IMG/VR virus record: IMGVR_UViG_3300027734_000065 | Location: 1 to 63,884 of that record | Length of the DNA stretch: 63,884 nucleotides | DNA from: a virus | Taxonomy: Duplodnaviria; Caudoviricetes | Direction: 5' to 3' (one strand) | In this document: positions 1-9,625 of the stretch, one piece after another | How positions within the stretch are numbered: position 1 is the stretch's first letter | How the letters are laid out: each line of letters opens with the position of its first letter | Program-made: the position numbers and the translations under genes | Notes under the pieces: generated by a model | Databases searched by the model: none | The model's input: only the letters and a program-made list of their open reading frames with translations | What the model was told of the DNA's origin: nothing

Positions 1-413
1 ACAACTACATCGATGGAAATGTTCTAAGTAACTGTTTCCGGGCGCAAGCCAACACCGTTGCGGCTTCGCATGCTGACAATGTTTCAGTCTTTGTCCCTCA
101 GTTACCTGCCGTGACTGTCTGGCCTACTCCTGATAACACGACTACCTACACATTTGTGTACTGGCGCATGCGTAGGGTGCAGGATGCCGGGGCTGGTGTA
201 GAGACTGCTGACATGAATTTCCGCTTCCTGCCGTGTGTAGTGGCAGGGCTGGCCTACTACATCGCTATGAAAGTCCCTGAGTTGCAGGGACGGATGGACA
301 TGCTGAAGGCAACCTACGATGAGCAATTCAATCTGGCGGCAGGGGAAGACCATGAGAAAGCCGCTTTGCGGTTGGTTCCCCGGCAGTCATTCATTGGCTC
401 TGGTGGAACATAA
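1..413 (+). CDS. 3' part of putative head-tail adaptor protein (partial; full copy at 62185-63117)
   Basis: Protein sequence identical to the C-terminus of ORF 62185..63117. Confidence 0.85.
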   Translation, partial: NYIDGNVLSNCFRAQANTVAASHADNVSVFVPQLPAVTVWPTPDNTTTYTFVYWRMRRVQDAGAGVETADMNFRFLPCVVAGLAYYIAMKVPELQGRMDMLKATYDEQFNLAAGEDHEKAALRLVPRQSFIGSGGT

Positions 414-802
414 TGGGCAACAGGTTTGCGTCAGGTAAATACTCAATTGCCGAGTGTGACCGGTGTGGTCAGCGGTATAAGCTGAAGCAGCTTAAGTTTG
501 AAGTTGTCAAGACCAAGCTGTATCAACTGAAGGTTTGTGATGAGTGCTGGGATCCAGATCAGCCGCAGCTTCAACTGGGTATGTACCCGGTGGATGACCC
601 GCAGGCTGTGATGCAGCCCCGCCCGGACACAACGTATGTAACATCAGGTGTAAACGTGGATGGGTATCCATCTGGTGGATCACGGGACATTCAGTGGGGC
701 TGGAGGCCGGTAGGCGGGGCCAGCTTCTTTGATGTAGGACTCACACCAAATTACTTGGTCGCAACGGCAAGTGTTGGTACAGTATCAATCAGCGCAACTT
801 AG
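413..802 (+). CDS. Conserved phage protein with CxxC...CxxC zinc motif
   Basis: ECDRCG...VCDECWD; TAATG coupling to the upstream gene; mostly synonymous differences from the second copy. Confidence 0.85.
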   Translation: MGNRFASGKYSIAECDRCGQRYKLKQLKFEVVKTKLYQLKVCDECWDPDQPQLQLGMYPVDDPQAVMQPRPDTTYVTSGVNVDGYPSGGSRDIQWGWRPVGGASFFDVGLTPNYLVATASVGTVSISAT

Positions 803-810
803 GAGCAGAT

Positions 811-987
811 ATGGACAAGAAACAAGTCAAGGCAATTGCCGACACCGAAGCCAAGAAAATGGTCAAAGGCCATGAATCCCGCATGCATGCCAAAGGCATG
901 AAGGCCGGTGGCCCCACCAGCTTGGATCGTAAGAAATACGGAAAGAACCTTTCCCGTGCAATGAACCAGAAATCTGGGAGCAAATAA
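811..987 (+). CDS. Small basic protein, 58 aa (MDKKQVKA...MKAGG...)
   Basis: Missing from the ORF track (<60 aa); AGGAG RBS; only synonymous differences from the copy at 63515-63691. Confidence 0.8.
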   Translation: MDKKQVKAIADTEAKKMVKGHESRMHAKGMKAGGPTSLDRKKYGKNLSRAMNQKSGSK

Positions 988-1250
988 TGGGCAAATACAG
1001 CATGAAGAAAATGGGCAAGGAAGTTGGCGATGCCAGCGTCTATGCCGAACCCCACACCATGGATGGGAAGAAGGCCAGCATCTCCAGCAACCCTGGCAAA
1101 GGGCCAAACGGGAGCGAGGCTGTGAATGTAAACATGTCAGTTGGCAACATCAACCGCAGTGGATATTCTGAACCCAAGACCAGCGGCATCAAGATGCGTG
1201 GTACGGGAGCCGCCACCAAAGGTGTGATGTCCAGAGGCCCAATGGGTTGA
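987..1250 (+). CDS. Small basic late protein (C-terminal GIKMRGTGAATKG)
   Basis: TAATG overlap; synonymous-only differences from the partial second copy. Confidence 0.8.
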   Translation: MGKYSMKKMGKEVGDASVYAEPHTMDGKKASISSNPGKGPNGSEAVNVNMSVGNINRSGYSEPKTSGIKMRGTGAATKGVMSRGPMG

Positions 1251-1257
1251 GGTTTCT

Positions 1258-2103
1258 ATGGCAATGACATATGCCCAGCTTGTAGTCGCTGTCAGCGATT
1301 ATTGTGAAAACACGTTCAATACAACGGACATGAACACAATGATCAAGCAGGCTGAACAGCGTATATACAACACGGTTCAGATTGCGAACTTGCGTAAGAA
1401 CGTGACGGGAACGCTCACCTCTGGCAACAAGTATTTGTCATGCCCGGACGATTTCCTGTCTGTTTATAGCCTTGCTGTGTTTCCAAACAACAGCACAACC
1501 GCCACCGGGACATCTGGACTGTTTACCATTGTTGTTGCCTCAACCACTGGCATCGCAGTCGGACAGCAGGTAACTGGTTCAGGCATTGGATCAAATGCCG
1601 TTGTGCGGAGCATCTCTGGGACAACGCTCACCTTGACGGTGGCAAACAGTTCCACGGTGTCGGGCACTGTTACCTTTCAGGGCGACTACCTGTACCTGCT
1701 GAACAAGGACGTTAACTTCATTCGTGAGGCTTACCCCTTGTCTGCGTTCTCTTCTGAGCCAAAGCATTACGCCATCTTTGGCCCACAATCATCAAACGTC
1801 ACTGAGTTGTCGTTCATTGTTGGCCCAACGCCAAACAGCACCTTCAGTGCTGAATTGCATTATTACTACTACCCGGAGTCCATCGTGACTGCGTCAACCA
1901 CTTGGTTGGGCGACAACTTTGATTCTGCGCTGTTGTATGGGACTCTGTGTGAGGCTTATACCTACATGAAGGGTGAGCCTGATATGGTCAAGCTGGTCAA
2001 TGATCGGTATATCCAATCAATTGCTCTGCTCAAGAACTTGGGTGATGGCAAACAGCGTCAGGATGCTTATCGTGATGGTCAGGTTAGGGTTCAGGTGAGT
2101 TAA
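1258..2103 (+). CDS. Putative tail adaptor/tubular protein with inserted beta-rich domain
   Basis: MTYAQL...IKQAEQRI N-terminus and GPTP...YY...TWL...LLYG C-terminus typical of podovirus adaptors; position in the structural module. Confidence 0.65.
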   Translation: MAMTYAQLVVAVSDYCENTFNTTDMNTMIKQAEQRIYNTVQIANLRKNVTGTLTSGNKYLSCPDDFLSVYSLAVFPNNSTTATGTSGLFTIVVASTTGIAVGQQVTGSGIGSNAVVRSISGTTLTLTVANSSTVSGTVTFQGDYLYLLNKDVNFIREAYPLSAFSSEPKHYAIFGPQSSNVTELSFIVGPTPNSTFSAELHYYYYPESIVTASTTWLGDNFDSALLYGTLCEAYTYMKGEPDMVKLVNDRYIQSIALLKNLGDGKQRQDAYRDGQVRVQVS

Positions 2104-2525
2104 TGTCAATTGTCCAAACCCAGACCACCAGCTTTAAAGCGGAGCTTTATCAGGGCATCCATGACTTGACCACGGATGTGATCAAAATCGCCCTGTATAC
2201 AGCCAATGCAAATTTAAACGAAGACACCACCGCCTACAGCAGTGTGAATGAGGTGGCCGCTACAGGCACTTATGTGTTAGGTGGTCAGACAATGACCGGG
2301 ATCACCGTCAGCACATCTGACTACACGGCTTATGTTGGGTTCAACAATGTGTCTTGGACGGGCGTAATCACGGCCCGGTGTGCCTTGATTTACAACGACA
2401 CTGTTGTTGGTAAGCCATCCATAGCAGTGCTGGACTTTGGGTCTGACAAGACATCGACCACCACATTCTTAATCACAATGCCAGCCAACACATCAACCAC
2501 AGCATTGATCAGGAGTTCAAATTGA
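2103..2525 (+). CDS. Virion structural protein (paralogue of 2727-3203)
   Basis: TTSFK.EL..G.HD...D.IKIALY...TTAYS...EV pattern. Confidence 0.7.
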   Translation: MSIVQTQTTSFKAELYQGIHDLTTDVIKIALYTANANLNEDTTAYSSVNEVAATGTYVLGGQTMTGITVSTSDYTAYVGFNNVSWTGVITARCALIYNDTVVGKPSIAVLDFGSDKTSTTTFLITMPANTSTTALIRSSN

Positions 2526-2716
2526 TAGTCACGACCACCAAAGGCGACATGGATGATTCCCTGCTTGAGAAGCGGGAAGGAACCGTGGACAATGACAATG
2601 AACTGACCACCTGGGTTGAGTATTGGCTGGAAGCTGAACTTGTGCATCGTTCTGTACATGTCCAGTTGAAGAAAATGCCGGTATTTGCTGGCGCTCAAGC
2701 CGCATCATTAGGTTAA
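2522..2716 (+). CDS. Hypothetical protein
   Basis: AGGAG RBS, TTG start, fills the gap between structural genes. Confidence 0.7.
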   Translation: MIVTTTKGDMDDSLLEKREGTVDNDNELTTWVEYWLEAELVHRSVHVQLKKMPVFAGAQAASLG

Positions 2717-2726
2717 AGGAAACAAA

Positions 2727-3203
2727 ATGGCGAACACACAATCAATGACCACCTCGTTCTTGGGCGAGGTGCTGACTGCAACCCACAACTTTGGTGTTGC
2801 TCCTACACGGGGAACGACCGCTGCTGACACGTTTAAAGCAGCCCTGTACCTGACATCTGCAACGATCAATGCCTCCACCACGGCATATTCGGCAACTGGT
2901 GAAGTGTCGGGCACAAACTACTCCGCAGGCGGCGTGACGGTGACCAATGCCACTGTCCCGGCATCCACCAACACTTCAACAACGGCTGGCACGGCCTATT
3001 GGACTCCTTCGGCATCAATCACCTACACCACAGTGACGTTGTCCACGGCGTTTGATGCGGTGTTAATCTATAACTCAACGCAGAGTAACAAGGCGGTCAG
3101 TGTCCACACCTTTGGTTCACAGACGATCACGGCTGGAACCTTCACCTTGACGATGCCTTCCAACACGACTTCGACTGCTCTGTTGCGCTTGGCTACCACC
3201 TAA
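2727..3203 (+). CDS. Virion structural protein (paralogue of 2103-2525)
   Basis: TTSFL.E....HNF...DTFKAALY...TTAYS...EV pattern; AAGGA RBS. Confidence 0.7.
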   Translation: MANTQSMTTSFLGEVLTATHNFGVAPTRGTTAADTFKAALYLTSATINASTTAYSATGEVSGTNYSAGGVTVTNATVPASTNTSTTAGTAYWTPSASITYTTVTLSTAFDAVLIYNSTQSNKAVSVHTFGSQTITAGTFTLTMPSNTTSTALLRLATT

Positions 3204-3214
3204 AGGGGTAGATC

Positions 3215-4225
3215 ATGGCCGGGTGGGGCGTTGGCGCTTGGGGCTACGGCACTTGGGGCAACGGCGAAACCATCCTCACCGGGGATGATGCAACCGGGGC
3301 TGTTGGCACAGTCACGCCTAGCGGGTCAGTTGCCCTATCAGGTGTAAACGCTTCTGGCTCTGTTGGGACAGCCTCTCCGGGCATAACGATAGCCCTAACG
3401 GGCGTTGTAGCTTCTGGGGCCGTAGGCACAGTAACGGTCGATGAGAGATCACTGGCCCTGACCGGAGTATCAGCTTCTGGCGCAGTTGGGACGATGGCTC
3501 CCAGCACATCAGAGGATGAAGACGGTGACATTGCTTATGGCTATGTTGGGGATGTTGGAAATGCCCATACAGTTGCCCTGACAGGTGTTTCTGCGGCTGG
3601 ATCAGTTGGAACGATTGTTCCCAGCAAAGATGTTGAGATCACGGGGGTGTCAGCCTCTGGGTCGGTGGGTTCTGTCACTCCAGCTATATTGGTAGCCCTG
3701 ACGGGCGTAACAGCGTCCGGTGCGGTTGGAACTGTTACAGCAGACAAGAGCAGGGATTTGTCGGGTGTTTCAGCCAGCGGGGCCGTAGGCACAGCCACTC
3801 CAAGTGCAACGATAGCCTTAACGGGCAATCTGGCGTTTGGATACCCAGGCGGGGTGATTGTTCCACTCCAACCGGTTACAGCGACAGCTTCTGTTGGATC
3901 GGTTGTTCAAGAGGTGTCGATTGCCCTGTCTGGTGTAAACGCATCAGGCTCCGTGGGTACGATGTCGGTAGCCGCAAGGGTGCTGGCTCTGACAGGTGTA
4001 AACGCAACAGGATCAGTGGGTGATGTGATTGCTGTGTATTGGAAGCCAATACCGGATGATCAAACTCCTAACTGGGCAAACATTGGAAATTCACAGACGC
4101 CAGGATGGGCAAATGTTGGTGACACGCAGACACCTTCGTGGCAAAATATCAGCAACCCGCAGACACCCGGTTGGGGAGATGTTTCAGATGAACAGACCCC
4201 CGCCTGGGAAGCAGTCGTAACTTGA
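3215..4225 (+). CDS. Repeat-rich fibre-like structural protein
   Basis: About 12 copies of a ~20-aa VALTGVSASGAVGTV repeat; N-terminal GWGxGxWG; C-terminal QTPxW repeats. Confidence 0.7.
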   Translation: MAGWGVGAWGYGTWGNGETILTGDDATGAVGTVTPSGSVALSGVNASGSVGTASPGITIALTGVVASGAVGTVTVDERSLALTGVSASGAVGTMAPSTSEDEDGDIAYGYVGDVGNAHTVALTGVSAAGSVGTIVPSKDVEITGVSASGSVGSVTPAILVALTGVTASGAVGTVTADKSRDLSGVSASGAVGTATPSATIALTGNLAFGYPGGVIVPLQPVTATASVGSVVQEVSIALSGVNASGSVGTMSVAARVLALTGVNATGSVGDVIAVYWKPIPDDQTPNWANIGNSQTPGWANVGDTQTPSWQNISNPQTPGWGDVSDEQTPAWEAVVT

Positions 4226-4234
4226 GGTTTAAAC

Positions 4235-7072
4235 ATGACTACAGCATATACATCACTCTTAGGCTTCGCCCTCCCCGTCACGGGAGAATTGAGCGGGACA
4301 TGGGGCGATACAGTCAACAACAGCATTACATCATTGCTGGACTCTGCAATCGCCGGGACAACAACTCTCTCCACGGACGCAGATGTAACTCTGACTAACC
4401 TGGACGGGACAGCGGACACATCCCGACAGGCCATTCTCTTATGCACAGGCGCACGGACGGCAATAAGGACAATTACCGCCCCGGCACTGTCCAAGATTTA
4501 TACGGTCATCAACAGCACAACTGGCGGTTTTTCCGTACAAATTGTGGCCGCAGGCCCAACCACAGGCGTAACAATTGTTGCTGGTGAGGCTGCGTTAATT
4601 GCATGGAACGGATCTGACTTCATTAAAGTCAGCAACACAGGCGGGTCGTTTACAACTCAGAACCTGACAGTGACCGGGAACACCATCCTGGGTGATGCAA
4701 TAACCGACACAACAACCCTTAATGCCCAGACAAGGTTTCAGTCTCGGGCAATCTTGGGTTATGCCAATATGACGGGGCCAGCGTCCACCAGCCTGTCAAC
4801 CACGGCCCCTGCCTTCCTGTATAGCGGGGCAACAACTTACACCGTGTCAGATGTATCTGGCGGCACACAGACACATGCCCCCGTAATAAGTTTGGGTCAG
4901 GCAACAATAACCAACGCAACAACAAACACAATTTTTACCAATGCGTCTACCCTGTACATTGGCGGCACACCAAACGCAAGTACAAACATTACGTTTACAC
5001 GCCCATATGCCCTGTATCTAGATTCAGGAACAACGACAGCAGCAGCGGCTGTAACTTACACCAATGCGGCAACTCTGTATATTGCTGGCGCTCCCACTGC
5101 TGGATCAAATGTCACCCTGACAACCCCATACGCCTTGTATGTGGCCGCTGGTGCTTCGTATTTGGGTGGCAACACAGCAGTCACTGGAACGCTGACTGCT
5201 ACAAGCACTTTGGCAACTGCTACGGCAATTGTTAATACGACCAATGCCAACGGCACATTTTTGCAAATACAACTTAGCGGCACACCTAAAACTTACCTTG
5301 GTTCATCTGTAGCCATATCTGGCGTTGGCACATCTTCTGACACCGATGTTTATGCCACCGGAAAATTACGATTATTTGGCGACAATCAAGTAACAAACTA
5401 TGCCACCATGTCCTCCACTGGCCTTGCAGTTACTGGAACGCTGAGTTCTACGGGACTAGCAACATTGACATCAAGCCAAATCACGGGAGCTACTTTCCCA
5501 GCAAGCGGCTCGGGCTTGGAACTTGTATTTCAAAGCGGAACCTCAAAACTTCAATCGTTTAATCGAACTGGTAGTGCATATTTACCATTAACGATAGACG
5601 GGACAACAGTAGGAGTTTTATCTTCTGGTGCAACAATAGGCGCTTTCTCCTCCACTGGCCTTGCAGTCACTGGAACATTCAGTAGCACCCTTGGAGCAAC
5701 CATTCAAGGACTCACTGTAGGTCTTGGCGGCGGTGCTGTAGGAACAAACACTGCGGTGGGTTCGGGTGCTATTGCCGCAACGGCAACGGGCACTTATGCA
5801 ACTGCAATTGGATACTACGCCCTTCCGGCATTGACAAGCGGGCTTTACAACACTGCTGTTGGGGCCAACTCTCTTGCGCTCAATAAAGGCGGCTCATCAA
5901 ATTCAGCTTTGGGTGTTAGCGCACTTGGGGCAAATGTTTCTGGAAATCAAAACACGGCAATTGGCGTTGATGCGTTGCGGTTTACAACATCCTCAAATAA
6001 CACTGCTGTAGGTTTTGAGGCGGGAAAAACAAATGTTTCAGGCACAGAAAACTTCTACGGTGGGTATTTAGCTGGTCAACCAGCAACGGGAAGTTATTTA
6101 ACTTTTGTTGGAAGCCGTGCAGGTAATGCAAGTATTACTGGTGATGGTAACACTGCTGTTGGTTATTATGCTTATGGCTCTGGTGCAGGCGGTGCAAACA
6201 ATACTGCTATTGGAGTACAAACCCTGTATTTGAACAACTCAGGCTCAAACAACACTGTTGTAGGTTATACGGCAGGGTATACAAACCAAACTGGCTCTTA
6301 TAACACTTTTATGGGTGTAAGTGCTGGTCGTTTATCTAACTACAACGGTAACGCTTTCAACGCTGCTTATGGCTATGCGTCAGGATATAACCTAAGCATT
6401 GGAATAAACAACTCGTTTTACGGGACTAATTCTGGTTCTGAAGTAACCTCAGGCTCAAAGAACACCATCATTGGTAACTACAACGGCCTTGCCGCACCTA
6501 TTTCCCAAACAGGTAGCAACTACATCGTGCTGTCTGATGGGGATGGAACTATTGGTCTTTCAACGACTTTTAACTCATCAGTAGCACTTAATGGCGCAGT
6601 CCCTCAAAGCGGCACAGGCATCACATTCCCCGCATCTCAAAACGCATCGTCCAATGCAAACACGCTAGATGATTATGAGGAGGGGACTTTTGACCCCACA
6701 ATTACAAGAAGTGGCTCAAATCCTACTGTTACCTACACCAATCAACTTGGTTCTTATGTAAAAGTTGGACGATTGGTCAATGCAACTTTTGCTGTTTTTT
6801 GGTCTGCAAATTCGGGTGGTAGTGGAAACTTTACCATTTCTGGATTACCTTTTACAAACACCAATAGTGCTGACAACTACTCTCAAGCATTTGGCGTTGA
6901 CATGTCTGGAGTAACTTTTGCAGTAGGCACAACAACATTTGGCGGTTATGTAAATGTAAATACCACAACAATTTTTTTAACATGTGCTGGTTCTGCTGTA
7001 TCTTCTTCTGCGCCAACTTTAGGAAGTACTGGTTACTTATATATGAGCGTTGCTTACATGGCATCCGCTTAA
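4235..7072 (+). CDS. Tail fibre / receptor-binding protein
   Basis: N-terminal GELSGTWGDTVN anchor; Thr/Gly/Ser-rich; NTA[VI]G repeats; C-terminal NANTLDDYEEGT...YVKVGRLV domain. Confidence 0.85.
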   Translation: MTTAYTSLLGFALPVTGELSGTWGDTVNNSITSLLDSAIAGTTTLSTDADVTLTNLDGTADTSRQAILLCTGARTAIRTITAPALSKIYTVINSTTGGFSVQIVAAGPTTGVTIVAGEAALIAWNGSDFIKVSNTGGSFTTQNLTVTGNTILGDAITDTTTLNAQTRFQSRAILGYANMTGPASTSLSTTAPAFLYSGATTYTVSDVSGGTQTHAPVISLGQATITNATTNTIFTNASTLYIGGTPNASTNITFTRPYALYLDSGTTTAAAAVTYTNAATLYIAGAPTAGSNVTLTTPYALYVAAGASYLGGNTAVTGTLTATSTLATATAIVNTTNANGTFLQIQLSGTPKTYLGSSVAISGVGTSSDTDVYATGKLRLFGDNQVTNYATMSSTGLAVTGTLSSTGLATLTSSQITGATFPASGSGLELVFQSGTSKLQSFNRTGSAYLPLTIDGTTVGVLSSGATIGAFSSTGLAVTGTFSSTLGATIQGLTVGLGGGAVGTNTAVGSGAIAATATGTYATAIGYYALPALTSGLYNTAVGANSLALNKGGSSNSALGVSALGANVSGNQNTAIGVDALRFTTSSNNTAVGFEAGKTNVSGTENFYGGYLAGQPATGSYLTFVGSRAGNASITGDGNTAVGYYAYGSGAGGANNTAIGVQTLYLNNSGSNNTVVGYTAGYTNQTGSYNTFMGVSAGRLSNYNGNAFNAAYGYASGYNLSIGINNSFYGTNSGSEVTSGSKNTIIGNYNGLAAPISQTGSNYIVLSDGDGTIGLSTTFNSSVALNGAVPQSGTGITFPASQNASSNANTLDDYEEGTFDPTITRSGSNPTVTYTNQLGSYVKVGRLVNATFAVFWSANSGGSGNFTISGLPFTNTNSADNYSQAFGVDMSGVTFAVGTTTFGGYVNVNTTTIFLTCAGSAVSSSAPTLGSTGYLYMSVAYMASA

Positions 7073-7136
7073 CAATTTTTTAGCTTGATTGGATTTATCA
7101 AGCTGGACACAACGCCAACTTTAAGGAGAAACCCAA

Positions 7137-7397
7137 ATGGCAATCACCAAAGAAAAAGCAATCGATCAAATCACCGTGACTGAGAACGGCATCGTTCTCT
7201 ACCGTGAAGCTACCCGCATCATGGAAGATGGTCAGCAACTGAGCCAAACTTACCATCGCTCAAGCCTCACGCCGGGCCAAGACTTGACGGGCATCCCTGC
7301 CAATGTTGCGGCAATCTGCAATGTCGCTTGGACTGCTGAGGTCATTGCGGCATATCAAGCGCAAGTGGCGGCACAAACGCAAGGAATGCCAACATGA
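7137..7397 (+). CDS. Putative tail fibre assembly/accessory protein
   Basis: Follows the fibre gene; AAGGAG RBS; DQITVTENG..LYRE...YHR motif. Confidence 0.6.
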   Translation: MAITKEKAIDQITVTENGIVLYREATRIMEDGQQLSQTYHRSSLTPGQDLTGIPANVAAICNVAWTAEVIAAYQAQVAAQTQGMPT

Positions 7398-7708
7398 CCA
7401 CTTTCACCACGACCATCATTGCCATGTACACCCTGCAACAGCCTGACCCCAACTATGTGGTCAATGCTTTGTGGGAAGTCACTGGCGTGGACGGGGAGTA
7501 CACCGCATCCATCGGCGGCAACACCACCTTTGACTCAACCCAAGCGCCTGAGACATTCATCCCATACGACCAGCTTACCCAAGCCATCGTCATTGGGTGG
7601 ATTCCAGAAAACGCCATGGCAAGCGCACAGGCGTGTGTACAGGGCCAGATCGACAGCATGATCACGCCGCCTGTCAGTCCTGCAAATACAGCTTTGCCTT
7701 GGGCATAA
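7394..7708 (+). CDS. Tail-fibre-associated protein
   Basis: FIPYDQLT...V.GW...LPW motif; ATGA overlap. Confidence 0.6.
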   Translation: MTTFTTTIIAMYTLQQPDPNYVVNALWEVTGVDGEYTASIGGNTTFDSTQAPETFIPYDQLTQAIVIGWIPENAMASAQACVQGQIDSMITPPVSPANTALPWA

Positions 7709-7748
7709 TTGATATGGGCAACCCGCTGGCCCTGACAGCGGTATTTTT

Positions 7749-7958
7749 TTGGAGAAACGCATGACTGAGCAAGAGACTCTGGCAACCCCTGTCAAACTGG
7801 AACTGCCCTTGGGCGCAGTGAACATGATCCTGGCCGCCTTGGCAAAAGCACCTTATGAGCAAGTCGCTGACTTGGTGCAAGCCATTCGTGAGCAGGCCAT
7901 CCCCCAAGTGCCAATGCCTGAAGAAGCCAAGCCTGCGGAGCAGCCATTGATCCAATAA
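7749..7958 (+). CDS. Small hypothetical protein
   Basis: GGAG RBS (true start probably ATG 7761); IL.AL...PY..VA.L motif. Confidence 0.7.
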   Translation: MEKRMTEQETLATPVKLELPLGAVNMILAALAKAPYEQVADLVQAIREQAIPQVPMPEEAKPAEQPLIQ

Positions 7959-8515
7959 CCGCATTTGCCCTGTGCAAAGGGGCATATGAAGGCATAAAGG
8001 GCTGTATCAGCGTTTACCAAGACCTGAAGAAAACCGGGTCTGATCTGACAAAGATCACAGGTGAAGTTGGTACAGCCCTTTCAAGTTTTTTCAAGGGCCA
8101 CGCAGAGTTGGAATCTAGCCATGAAAAGGCTGAGTACCAACGTGAAGAGAACCAGAAGAGGGGGATAAAAGACGATCTTGCCACACAAGCCATAGACAAT
8201 GTGATGTATCTGCGGCAGACCAAGCAGTTTTATGCCGATCTTGAGAGAATGGTGCGCTGGGAGATGGGGCAACCTGATCTCTGGCGTGAAATTGTTGAAG
8301 AGTATCAAAAGCTGTTGGATCAGAAATCGGAGCAAGCGGCACGGGAGTTGCACGAAAAGCGGGTGAAAGCATGGCGGCGACAAAGGTTAAAAAATCTGAT
8401 GCTGGACAGGGTGCTGGAAACGGTGGTGGTGGTTTTCGTAACCGGATACCTGATATGCCTAATGTGGATAATCAGTCTTCATCATCGGGGTCGTTTGGAT
8501 ACCTTTTTGTCCTGA
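7946..8515 (+). CDS. Coiled-coil membrane protein, probable ATT start (MDPITAFA...)
   Basis: Frame of track ORF 8108..8515 stays open back to the TGA at 7919; GGAG at 7937-7940 then ATT GAT CCA ATA ACC; C-terminal TM segment. Confidence 0.65.
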   Translation: MDPITAFALCKGAYEGIKGCISVYQDLKKTGSDLTKITGEVGTALSSFFKGHAELESSHEKAEYQREENQKRGIKDDLATQAIDNVMYLRQTKQFYADLERMVRWEMGQPDLWREIVEEYQKLLDQKSEQAARELHEKRVKAWRRQRLKNLMLDRVLETVVVVFVTGYLICLMWIISLHHRGRLDTFLS

Positions 8516-8667
8516 TCTTGTTTGCATTGGTCTTTGTGCTGGTCATCCCTCTGGTGGGGATGCTGTATGTGGACACGTTGGTGGTGAAAAGAGAAGCCAA
8601 GGCCCAGATGGAAAAGGTGGAAAAACTGCGTAAGCAGGTTGAAGAAGAAAGGAAGAAAGATGATTGA
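8455..8667 (+). CDS. Small membrane protein (lysis region)
   Basis: One hydrophobic segment followed by a charged coiled coil. Confidence 0.55.
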   Translation: MPNVDNQSSSSGSFGYLFVLILFALVFVLVIPLVGMLYVDTLVVKREAKAQMEKVEKLRKQVEEERKKDD

Positions 8668-9115
8668 TCTTACCAAAGCCATCGGAGCAGTTGCCGCAAG
8701 CGTTGCCGCACTGGGCGGCAGCTATACGCTGGCCGATAAGTTTGGCTGGTTTGATAGAGCCATTCTTGAATGGTCACCAGAGCATTTTAAAATCGTAGCA
8801 GAGGCTGGACAACCCATCAATGTCACCGTTGCCAGAATTAAAAAACGGGACGATTGTTCTGTTGAGAGCTTTACGCCAAGCATTCGGGACGCAGCAGGCA
8901 TGGTGCATGAGGCAACCACCACCGCAAGCAAGTTCAGCGGCCCGGCAGGCCCAGAGATCGACACGTTTACATACCAACTCACCATGGTAAGAAAAGAGAA
9001 GATTGCTGAAGGCAAGGCCACTTTGCTGGCAACCATCAAATACAAGTGTCCCGAGGGCGAGCGTGTTGTGCAATACCCCCGCCATGCAAATCTAAGTTTT
9101 GAACTAAAAGGTTAA
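8660..9115 (+). CDS. Membrane-anchored/exported hypothetical protein
   Basis: N-terminal hydrophobic helix, two Cys; ATG at 8660. Confidence 0.7.
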   Translation: MIDLTKAIGAVAASVAALGGSYTLADKFGWFDRAILEWSPEHFKIVAEAGQPINVTVARIKKRDDCSVESFTPSIRDAAGMVHEATTTASKFSGPAGPEIDTFTYQLTMVRKEKIAEGKATLLATIKYKCPEGERVVQYPRHANLSFELKG

Positions 9116-9118
9116 ACA

Positions 9119-9625
9119 ATGCTCACTCTATTCTCATCCCTAATAAGTTTTCTCATGGGCGGCTTGCCCAAGATCCTTGAGTTCTTCCAAGACCGGGCTG
9201 ACAAGAAGCATGAGTTGGCACTTGCCGCCATGCAGACCGAGCGTGAATTGACCCTAAAGAAAGCTGGCCTGGAAGCGCAGGAACGCATTGAACACATCCA
9301 GACCGAGCAGATCCAGATCAACGCAGAGGTCACCAATGCCCAGACCCAAATGCAAGAGCGCCAAGCCCTCTACGCCCACGATATAGCCTTAGGTCAAGGG
9401 GCAAGTACCTGGGTGATCAATATGAGGGCCGCAACCCGCTCTGTGATCACTTACGGCATGTTCGTGATGTTCATGTTCGTGGAGATCTTTGGCTTCTACT
9501 ACGCTTGGCACACGGATGTGGCGTTTGATGTGGCGATCAACCAGCTTTGGGACGATGAAACACAAATCATCTGGTCGTGTATCGTGTCGTTTTGGTTTGG
9601 CGGTCAAGCGTTTAAATCAAAATGA
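9119..9625 (+). CDS. Putative holin (3-TM type)
   Basis: Hydrophobic segments, C-terminal SFWFGG, adjacent to lysozyme. Confidence 0.6.
   Translation: MLTLFSSLISFLMGGLPKILEFFQDRADKKHELALAAMQTERELTLKKAGLEAQERIEHIQTEQIQINAEVTNAQTQMQERQALYAHDIALGQGASTWVINMRAATRSVITYGMFVMFMFVEIFGFYYAWHTDVAFDVAINQLWDDETQIIWSCIVSFWFGGQAFKSK

Larger units (their letters stand above)
1..1180. repeat. Terminal redundancy, copy 1 (matches 62705-63884)
   Basis: Base-by-base comparison: colinear, no indels, about 46 substitutions by manual count. Confidence 0.97.

Noticed and set aside
4235-7072. Diversity-generating retroelement or invertase-driven fibre switching
   Set aside because: No reverse transcriptase or recombinase seen, and no template/variable repeat pair or inverted cassette
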